Made by a program: the position numbers and the translations under genes. A DNA stretch of 64,000 nt from Azolla caroliniana (lineage: Eukaryota; Plantae; Polypodiophyta). Positions 14,601 through 25,244 of this stretch are shown piece after piece. Below the pieces are notes generated by a model. The model was not told the DNA's origin and did no database searches. It saw only the letters and a program-made list of their open reading frames with translations. The stretch spans positions 34,286,001-34,350,000 of the forward strand of contig JBHGNT010000001.1 of NCBI GenBank assembly GCA_043228905.1. Reading direction: 5' to 3'. The first letter of the stretch is position 1, and every line of letters begins with the position of its first letter.

Positions 14601-16050
14601 ATGCATCTCTCTCACTCCCCGAGAGACAATGCCACCAAGCATACTTCCAAGAGCCACGAACTAAAGGGTGGCTCTTTGACTCATTAGTGACTCCCTCTCT
14701 CATGTATGCATCAGCGGTTTGGGCTCCAGGACTACCATCTTTCATGTGGACGCAATTAGAGAGACCATTGGTGATGATGTTATCACGCCAACTCTGAAGC
14801 AAATCGTCGGTCCCACATGACATTATTAGGGTTGAGTTCACTCTACCCCCTATGTTAATAGAAGCACTTTTTCAACTTTTAGTCTTTATCCACAGGACCA
14901 TAACCAACCACTTGATAGAATATCCCATCAAGCCTTTAAAGCTTCTCGAGCACTGTATGAGTCCGGCTATACTAGCTCATGGTATGGCATGATGGTGAGT
15001 TGGCTTCTTGCCAACGGTCTAGACATTAATAACCTCCCTCCCCTTAAGTACGACCACACGACTGATAACACTTTAATCTCTCATGAGGACCGTAATAAAG
15101 TAATACGCCAAGAAATATGGCAAATTTATACTCTGTATAAATGGATCACCCCACTAGAGCCACTCCCATCTAAAATGTCGTACTATAAGGAACACTTTAT
15201 GCACTTCTCTAAGTTAGGTTTTATTACGCGGCCAAGATATCTAGATGTATTCTTACCACATGCACTAAGGGTTGCCATTGGTCAACTTAGAATATCATCT
15301 CACGAACTTGAGATTGAGAATGGACATACTAATGGAGTCCCTAGGGAGGAAAGGATATGTAGGTTATGCCACATAGAGATAGAGGATGAGTACCATTTTA
15401 CATGCAAATGCCCCACCTATGCCGAGATAAGGGCAAAATACCAAGACATACTTGGTTCCTCTCCCACCCTCCCTAAACTATTAGATACACTAGATATAAA
15501 GAAATTAGGTAGATACATCTTAGAATTGAAACAACACAGAGAGAATAAGTTAAAAAACGTTGATAATAATGTTGCTAATGTTTACCAACATGTAACAAAT
15601 GAAGTTTTTCAGGAACATGGGGAGACAATGAATGTCGACACACCTGCACCACTCGGGGTTTTCCTTGATGAAGCAGAAAATCAAAGAAGAACCAAACGCC
15701 CTTGGATGTTGGGTTTCAAAGCAACTCGACGAGATGTAGAAGCAATAAAGAAAATAAGGGAACGTGAACTACACCACCTAGAAGCCATGGCTAGGGCACT
15801 CTATACACCGGGACCATGGGTCATACCCACACCAAAATCTTTTGACCTCCCACTTCTTTTTGAGAGACTTGGGTGGAAATGAGATTAGGCTTAGTGCAAA
15901 GTTTTGTACACTACTAGAACTCTCTTAGCTTAAGCTATTTTCTTTTATTTTAGTTTTGATGATTGGATAAACACTCATTTTTGTTGTAAACCAATTGTCT
16001 CATGGGCCAAATTTGGCCTTAGAAGACGTTAATATTTCTTTCTTTCTCTC
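11681..16050 (+). mobile_element. Non-LTR retrotransposon (LINE, RTE-X-like), 5'-truncated in ORF1, with a disrupted ORF2 (APE endonuclease, RT, CCHC)
   Basis: ORF1 remnant has RRLNVRV..LKE and PIYLDEDLT (to 12148). The endonuclease has WNCNG, CLVETH, GDFN, VDY and DH. The RT has PIHKGGDPMDPNTYRTI, FRKAFD, GVKQGCPL, LYADD, VNLGKTK and YLGV. The C-terminus has SSHELEIE.G..PREERICRLC..EDEYHF..CP. The 3' end has a small palindrome and a (TTTC)n-like tail. There are in-frame stops at 12620, 13924 and 14795 and frameshifts near 12680, 14300 and 14890. Confidence 0.9.
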
Positions 16051-19000
16051 ATAGATGACATTATTGGCACTCTATTCACCGCACTACCCACCAAAGGATC
16101 CAAGACCATGGTAGATATAACAACCCCAAACATTGGAGTGATGAATCTTGCAATGTCCCTACTTGGAACGCAACAAGGGAAATCCTCCCAAACTCACCTC
16201 GAACAACTCTACTGTGAATTGATCATCTCCCCCCTTATCCCCCTCAAATATATTTCCTTTTCTTATATTCTTTGCCTACATTGCCAAGTTTGGCCCTAAG
16301 TGTGCACCTAGGTCCCTTCCTTGCCTTACCTTTTCTACTTATCTCATCCCAACCTATTTGTTACATGTGCATCTCATAAATAGTGTTTGACAACCTTAGA
16401 TATTAGAGTCTATTTTATCATAATTTGAAGCATGAGAAACAAGTTTTTGTTTGACGATCACCATAGTGCCCCACAACAATTGAACTTTTTTTTTAAAGAA
16501 AGATGCACCTTAGTATATTGCTTGAAAATTGTACATAGAGAAAACAAAAGGAGACATTTCATCTCACTTCTATTGTAAGATACAAAATCTAGTATAAGCA
16601 TCTGATCAAACAGATGATGTCATATATGAAACAAGTAGAACAATACTATCAGCCATGCAATTGAACTTAGGTTGAAATAAAAATTGATTTGGTTGTACTC
16701 ACAACAAATATCTATAGGCACCTTTTCCATAGAGAACTTACTTACATGGCAACTACTCTTACAACAATTTATGATGTTGACATTGCCAAAAGGGTCTCAT
16801 AATCCTAATAGAATCAACAAGGGTTACATATATAGAAAAGGAGATAAATAGACTACATTTTTTACCATCCATAAGGAAGCCAATTTTGACTTATGGGACC
16901 AAATAAACGTATCACACCCTATGTGACTCCTTCCTAAGAAATGGGGTTACTACTCTTTAGTAAAAACTACAAAATAATGGCACACACATATGTCCTCACA
17001 TTTCTCGGTGGAGATTTGACCATGACTCTTAAAATATCATGCATGTCTAATAAGCCATCATCCTTCTTGCGAACATGAGCATATGAGAGAGTACGTTATA
17101 TTCATTCTCCACTAGGTTTTCATTGTATAACTTGAATATCTTCATACTTGGGTGATGAAGCCATAATGCTACCTCAACACCTAACTTCTGTGAGTGAGTT
17201 CAAAAACATTTTAAGGCTCTCTACGAGCCATGGCTCATGGGGATAGTTATAAGATGTGGTTAGATACATTATGTCACCTTTCTCATTATATGGGGCTAAC
17301 ATTGAGGATTAACATTTACAATGTAATATTCCAATTTTGACATTTTGGCATCTTGCTGCTTAATCTTTAGTCCCTCTCGTCATCTATACTCAATTATTAC
17401 ATACATACTTCGTAGCATCACATGAGAGCTCCAATAGATATTTTATTCACCATCTTTTAAACAAGTTTATAATGTCAACCACCCAATTAGATCAAAGGAT
17501 TTTGCAATTATTATTATTTTCTACCTCGCCTCCTATGTCTCATATTGTTTTGGCAATATGAGACATATTCTTGACTTCTATGATATACTACTATACTCTT
17601 TGCATGTCTAACCCCTCTATGGGTGGAGCACTTGTTTTTATATAGCACTACAAGATAAAAAAGTAAGGATTTAATGCTCAATTGTCTACGTAAGATAGAC
17701 TAATCTAATTGAGAGCCAGAAAAGCTGAATAACATCAACCTCATCTCCCATCCTTGAATATGATCACGTTCATTGCATTGATTTTCAAGCATATATTAGA
17801 TATTCCAACTCGCCTGAAGTCTAAACTCATAACATACATTTCACCTATTTTTCGATGGGACATTCATGCTAAGATATTTGAAGCTTTGCACCAGTTGTGT
17901 TAGTTCTCCATTCACTATATAAAAGTGGGGCAGTGTCTTTGTTGTGATGCCTTTATTCACATCAGTTTTGTTTTGTCCACATTATCAGTTAGCCCAGTGA
18001 TTTGACAAAATGTTTTCAATATGTCAAGTAAGCAATGATATCATCCAAAGTATATGAGAATTACATGACATCATCAACATATGGGAGTATAAAAATGAGC
18101 TCTTTGCATAAGTTTGAGACCATCTAACCCTCATCTTTTGCAACCTTGTTTACTAATTATTCTAGTTTATCGATGCATAGAGAAAAGTTTGTGGGAAAGA
18201 GTGGACACCTTGTTTGACCACGGTGTTGCTCAAGATATACGTTGAGAAACCATTATCCATTTTACATTTTGGCATTTAACTAGCTCATACAAATGTGGTA
18301 AACTACTCTATATTGCAATGGCATTATGACCTATATAATTCTTCTCCAAAACTTACTCTTGGTACAATGTCAAAGCCCTTCTTGAAGTTATGAAAACAAC
18401 AATATAATATTTTCCTTTAAAGTAGATTTTCTTCTATGATAACTCCTCCTGTAACCAAATGATGGAGGGTGGAATATTTCTGTCTAAAGCCTACTTGACC
18501 AAGTGCTCATTTGTGATGACATTCAGCTCATAATGCTATTCAATTGTGCATATAAAGTTATTTACATATTGGTTCATCTCGTTGTCGTTGAATTAGCCAA
18601 CTATATCTTCCTTTCTGCCATTGAGTTGTCTCCATGCTACCTTTGGGTGGAGTTTAAACATTTGTATTTTCTTCCTTTCACATAGTTAATAATATTGTCT
18701 CTTGTGTCTCCTTACCATTCTTTGATATTGACACAAAGCTAGAACTTTTTCATTTTTATCTTTTGCAAGCTTGACTATTTTGAGATGAGCCTTGCATTTA
18801 TCATCAAACCAAGTGTAACGTGAGAAATTAAACATTTGGTGTCCACCTACACGACGTGCCTAGACATATTAATACCTTACTCGAGAATGACACTCATCGA
18901 TTCCTTCCTATTTTTGTTTATATCTTTACTAAGGGAAAGGTTCATGACATGACCCTCAACCTCAAATTCATATTGATTAACTTTTTGATAGCAAGGTTGC

Positions 19001-21671
19001 GTAATGTACCTCTTTTCCGTTTGTAATGATCAATGTGTGAATTTTTTGTTGCAATGTGTGAGTATAAAGGCTTTGTGGTCTGAATCCAATGATAATGGGC
19101 AAATTTTGAAAGTGTTCGCCATGGATGCATCACATTCTTTCATCAGTACATACAGTCAACTACATTTCCTCCTCCCAAAGTTGAGAGACGTGTCAAAAAC
19201 ATTGTCCTCGAAAATGTATGGGTAATATTGAGAATATTTAGCCTACCATAATTTGATGTAATACAATCTTCTAAGCTACATGTTGAATCCGACACTATCA
19301 CATTATCATCAACTTTCACATTAAAATATTCCACAATCAACACATTTCCAATCTTCTCATGTGTAAGAATGTCAACACACACACATTGGAAACAAGATCA
19401 TCATGTTCTATCTCATACAAATGATAGTAGTTGGACTCTCGATGAGGAATGTAACAACATGCCAAATAAACGTTAACTTTACATAGTGTTACTCCAAGCC
19501 ACATATATCTTTTGCATTCTTACTTTCATCTTCACGACGAATAAATGTCACTCATGGTCGCTTGATATTTCTTTTCGTGTGGGGCCATATATGATGTAAC
19601 CATCAACATTAGCTTCATGTCTCCAAGGTTCAACCAATAATATAATACCTATACCTTCAGCTACATCACTTAGTCATGAGCCTTTATTTCATAGATATCC
19701 TCTACCATTCCAAAAACATGATTTTCAAATATGAAGCGAAGCTTATACCTTATGTAACGCTTAGCTTCATGTTCCCAAGGTTCAACTAGGAATATAACAT
19801 ATATACCTTTAGCTACATCACGTAGTTCTGAGCCTTTATTCCACAGATATCCTGTACCATTTCGAGAACATGATTTTCAAACTTGGGGTAGTCCCATAGA
19901 TCATCTCATTGCATGCATTCTGAGCTCTCTCTTATAGCTACATAGGACAACCTTCTTCATTCTTGCGTCATTTCATACATAGGTTATACATGGTTCAAAC
20001 ATATCATCATCTATGGAATGATACTTGGACTATATGTATTCCATGCTCCATCATGCAAAAGTCGTGCATGGGTTCATGTATGGGATCTTGTGTGGTTAAT
20101 ATGCATTGATAATGCATACAAATACATGAAAAGAATCTCAGGAATTGCTTTATTGATGTCAAGAATCTTTTGCCATACAATGATTGGTCGATTCTATTAT
20201 CTTTTATGTGTCGTATATATTGTGCGGTAGTGTGCGCAATGGAATTTCATTGGCATGTTGTCACTACTTACACTATGCACACAATGTTCCCTCCTAAATA
20301 CTTTAAGACTAAAGACAATGCCAACTTCTCATTTTGATGGTTTCTCTATAATCTTTCGATGGATTGCTTTTCACACATGTTGTCTTCATTTTTTTCTCAC
20401 AAAGTCATGTGATATCGTTTGTCAGTTGTGTTGTTGGATGTATTCTTACATGAACATGATTAATGTAGCTTTATTTTCACTTTTTGTCATTGTAGACTTT
20501 TAAATTCTCGCCACTTGATTGGCTCTCAAGATCATTTTAGAGATTCTCTTTCATGCCATCTTTTGGTGGCCCATCAATCCTCTTTGATGGGACCTTGTCT
20601 CTAGTCATTTATTTGCATGCTTCCTGAGCTCCCATTTGTTAATTGATCTTTTCCTCCATTCATAAGTTTCCCTTTTCATTCCTTCATGAGTTTCGTTTTT
20701 CATTGGTGATTTGAGACTCATTGAACCTTCCTTTCCATCTTCTATGCACAAGGAACACTAGGGGAAATAACATTCTCATTATATCATTTTCACCCCACCT
20801 TTAATGATTAAGCAAAACCCTTGACAGGGTTGCGGTTCTAACTAAAATCAAGGATGAAGGATCAGGGATTGGGAATCGGGGATTCTTGATACTATGGGGC
20901 ATCATCAATATAATTGAAAATTTTTATAAGCTTTTGGAAAGAATCTCTTCGGACATGTATTATTTCTTTTTCCCCTCCCAAAGGGCATTGATACTAGCTA
21001 GGATTTTTTATTTGTGATAAGCCGCTATGTATTAGTGAAAACTAGGAATTCTCTTTTTTTCTTTCCTTTCCCCTTTTTCTTTAATATTTGTGCAATGATT
21101 TCAATCATTTATTGATTGGTTCCTTGTGTCTCTTCTTCCATGATGCTATGATTTCTATCATTGTTCCTTATCTCTAATGACTCTTACCATTTATTAATTC
21201 ATATCTTTCTCTCTCTCTCTCTCTCTCTTAGTAATTCCGAGGAAACCTCTTAGTAATTCCCCGATGGAACCTCTTTCAGTAATTCCCCCATGGAACCTCT
21301 TTCTCATAATGATTCCTATCATTTATTGCACTGTACATTCTCGCTCGCACCTTTTCTCGTAAAAATTTGTATCATTTATTATATTTCTCTCTTTCTCTAG
21401 TATTCCACGCGTCACTCATCGTGATTCCTTATGGTTTGTAAGTCCCCCGATCGTGGATGAAGATCTCTTTCGGCTACTGTAAAAGGTTGAAATATCTAAA
21501 GGGAGGCATGTTTTAAGAAGCACCACCATAAAGTATTGACGTTGAGTGTGAAGGAAAAGCGGGTGGGTCTTAAGACAAACTCTAAATTTTACTCTCCCAA
21601 CACATTGACATTGTGTGTGAAGGAGAAGTCGGTGTGGGTCTTAAGACAAACTCTAAATTTTACTCTCCCCA

Positions 21672-21706
<35 letters not shown>

Positions 21707-21772
21707 CCCATGTGCTCATCATTTCGATTGTAGCTTCCTCTCTCCCACCTTATCAACTCAAGGTGAGTGCTC

Positions 21773-24700
21773 ATGGTGGGATTACACAAGAGTTCGTGGT
21801 CGGCACCGGAAGACAAGAGTAAAGGATGGCTAGCCACAGCGGGACGCACGACAGGGTTTGCAAGGAGGTTGTTCAACCCGAGGGCACAAAGGAAATACAT
21901 AACATCTCAAGCGACGAATGCGGAGCACGCGGGACATCACCCGGTGATGAGCGACATGTCGGACGAGGTATTGGACAAGATGATGGCGGACGAGATCTCG
22001 GAGAGCGTGGTGGGGGAGGAGGCGCTGCGCGCGTTGCTAAGCAACAAGTGGTTCCCATGCAAAGGGTGGCAGGGGTGGGGGGAGCAGGAGAAGCTGATGT
22101 GGCTGAGGTCGCAGGTCATCGGGGGGGACGCGGAGGTGGAGACGCCATTCGGGTGCCGGCGGAAGATGGTGTACGTGGACCACACGGCCAGCGGGAAGTC
22201 GCTACACTTCGTGGAGGACTTCATGCTACGGCATGTGCTGCCCTTCTATGGTGTGTGTGAACACACACATACACATATACACATACACATATATACACAT
22301 ACATTACAGAACTGTATAGGAAGGGCGGTCCAGCTGACCATTGTTTTGGGGGTGTTTATGTACATATTGTAAATTGTAAATTGTAAATTGGTATGGACTG
22401 TTGTATGTAGGGAACACTCACACGGAGGACAGTATGGTGGGCGGGGCCACGAGCCGAATGGTCCACGAGTCGGAGGTGTACATAAAGAAGGAGTTGGGCG
22501 GCGGCCCAGAGGACGTGCTGCTCTTCTGCGGCTCCGGTGCCACCGCCGCCCTCAAGCGGCTGCAGGAGGTCATCGGCGTCGCCATCTCGCCCCTCCTCCG
22601 ATCCCACGTCCTCAGGACCCTCAACGACACCGCCGTCCACCACGACATTCCGCAATGGGTCGTCTTCACCGGCCCCTACGAGCACCACTCCAACCTCCTC
22701 TCCTGGCGCCAGAGCCTCGCCGAGGTAACTCAACTCTACTCTACTGCACTCTACTGCACTGCACTAACCCTTACATACCACATTATTATTATTATTATTA
22801 TTATTAGCATTATTTCTATAGCACAGTTACAATGAGATGGAGGAAAAAAGCAGGTTGTGGAGATCCCGGCTGAGGGCGGCAAAGAGGGGAAGATCGACAT
22901 GGTGGAGCTGGAGAGGGCATTAGAGAGGTACACATCTGATTCCGCCATCGCCGGTTCCGGCGGCAGGAAACTCCTCCTCGGCTCCTTCTCCGCCGGCAGC
23001 AATGTGACAGGCCTGCTCACCGACACGCGGGCGGTGTCACGCCTCCTGCACCGATACGGCGCCTACGCCTGCTTCGACTTCGCCGCCGCGTAATCATCCA
23101 TCCTCTCCTCTCCCCTCCGTATCTTATCGTATCGTTATCATACACACATACATAACTGTAGTAGCAGTACATATGTAGTTTGTTACAACTTACAATCATG
23201 GTGAAAGACTCAGATCCGGGATATGTTTAATATTCAACTGAGTTTGCATACATAAATGATATTGTCTTAAGGGGTCCACATGCGGCGATGGAAATGAGAT
23301 CGAATTATCGGGACGATGACGGCGAGGACACGGGGTATTATGATGCAGTGGTTATGAGCCCCCACAAGATGATGGGTGGACCTGGGACGCCCGGACTCCT
23401 CCTAATGCGTCGCTCTCTTTATGGGCTCCAACACACGTGGCCATCCACGGCAGGGGGCGGCACAGTGGCATATGTCAATGGATTTAACGAAACTGTAAGT
23501 CCAAATGCCATCATGTGTTGTGAGAATGTGTTGTTGATGATGAAATTAAGTTAGAATGTGGGTTGATTTTTAATGGGTTAGTTAAAAAGAAAGATCAACC
23601 GCCTAATCACGATGATTATGGATGAACTCTTCACTCTACTACCTACCATAGAGCCTATCTCTAGCAACAGGGACATATCAGTATTTAATGAATTTCCTCT
23701 ACTTTCGGTCCTTATGATTGAGACAAAGAAAAAAAAGATAGCTATGCTAGTTTTGAGCGATAAAAGTTGAGTTGCTTTTTGCCTCTTGCGGGGTCGAACC
23801 CCTTGACTTCCTAACCAGATATATTTGCTCTAACTTCCCTTTGTGTCTCCATCCTAGTCACATTAATTATTTTGATTCTCGTTCATTTCACTAACTTAGT
23901 AGACGACACTATGCTGCAAATCTAATGGTTCAACATGACCTTCTTGTCTCCATTGGACACAATTATATCACAAAAATGTTTATGTCTCTACCTCTGTAGC
24001 TTCTTTCCTCCAACTCGTAAAGAAGTGTGCATTGATTAAACACATCTAGAATGTTCCCACATCATAGAATTGGAAGTTTTTGAGCATGCCATAATTGTTA
24101 GGTTAGTCTATTTTAACTCTATAAATCACAATTGAACCATGTTAATTGTGGTGACAAATAGCGTAATAGAAGTTACTCATCTAATAGTTAGTACCTACAT
24201 CTATGTAATGGTTCTTGAAGAGAACATAAATTTAGCCCACTTTGAAGTCAATTTATGTATGCATAGCAAGTTTTGTTGCAAAACATTGCATTATTATTTA
24301 GTTTGTCATGCCTATGAGCATGTCATAAATTTTGATTCTCTTTTGTTTATGTAGGATACATTATACTATGAGAATGTGGAGACAAGGGAGGATGCTGGTA
24401 CTCCACAAATTCTTGGAAAGATCAGATGCGCACTGACTCTCTATGTCAAACAATTTATAGGAGTACAAGTAATTCAGAGGTTGGAATCCATGTATTTTAG
24501 TAAGGCCATAATGAAATTGTCAAACCACCCAAACATAGAAATACTAGGCCATCAGATAACATCCAACACAACTTACACATCTATCTTATCCTTTGTTATT
24601 AATCCAAAACATTCAACCTCCACCAACACAATGGAGGATGTTGACAAGCCTTTACATGGTCGATTTGTTGTGAAACTACTAAATGACTTGTTTGGCATTC

Positions 24701-25244
24701 AAGCTCGTGGAGGGTGTGCATGTGCTGGCCCATACGGGCACTTGTTATTGGGGGTGGATAGAGAAACATCATTAGTAATACGAGATCATATCATGCAGGT
24801 ATTTGGTTGTATTTTTAGATGATATAATATTTTCGACGAATACATTATTTATTTGCGCATCATATGTAGGGATATGAAGGTCTTAAACCGGGTTGGACAA
24901 GAGTGAGTTTATGCTACAACATGACAGAGGAGGAAGTGGATTTTGTGCTTTCCTCAATCAATTGGGTGGCCAATTATGGGCACCTCTTTCTTGGGCTCTA
25001 TGACTTTGATTGGAAAACTGGAAATTGGACGTGCATGTGCTCGTTTGGTTGCTCTCCAAAACCAAATATTATCATTGCAGATGGCTACATTAATGATTAT
25101 TATTCTGAAAATGCCATGAGGCGCTTACGATTCCGACAACCCCTTCAACTAGCGAAAGCGTTGTCCCACACATTACCGAAATACACAACTATGAGACAAA
25201 TTCCTAAATACATTGATGCTCGTGCCGTTCTATTTCGCATGTAA
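21773..25244 (+). CDS. Class-V PLP aminotransferase / cysteine desulfurase-like protein, paralog B (complete)
   Basis: Exons about 21773-22250, 22411-22724, 22854-23089, 23272-23494, 24355-24798 and 24870-25244 join in frame. Motifs: WLRSQVIG..ETPFG, YVDHTASG, PFYGNTHT, PYEHHSNLLSWR, FSAGSNVTG, CFDFAAAGP, SPHKMMGGPG, RGGCACAGPYGH, KPGW. The start codon is uncertain (21773 or a downstream ATG). Confidence 0.9.
23781..23836 (-). repeat. Degenerate tRNA-derived (SINE-like) fragment in intron 4 of paralog B
   Basis: The minus strand reads AGTTAGAGCA...GTCAAGGGGTTCGACCCCGCAAGAGGC, a B-box/T-arm (GGTTCGACCC) with remains of a D-arm. No full cloverleaf. Confidence 0.35.

Noticed and set aside
19594-19881. 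Diverged direct duplication of about 155 bp; similar ones near 10420-10650, 26480-26760 and 32670-32860
   Set aside because: Real but ordinary local duplications in TE-derived intergenic DNA, with no functional signal.
16060-20700. Possible decayed Gypsy-like LTR element, also 11100-11670, into which the LINE may have inserted
   Set aside because: Only faint motif echoes. I could not support any LTR pair, PBS or convincing domain by eye.
21826-23199. Many overlapping alternative-frame and antisense ORFs over paralog B
   Set aside because: Expected from GC-rich exons with few stop codons.
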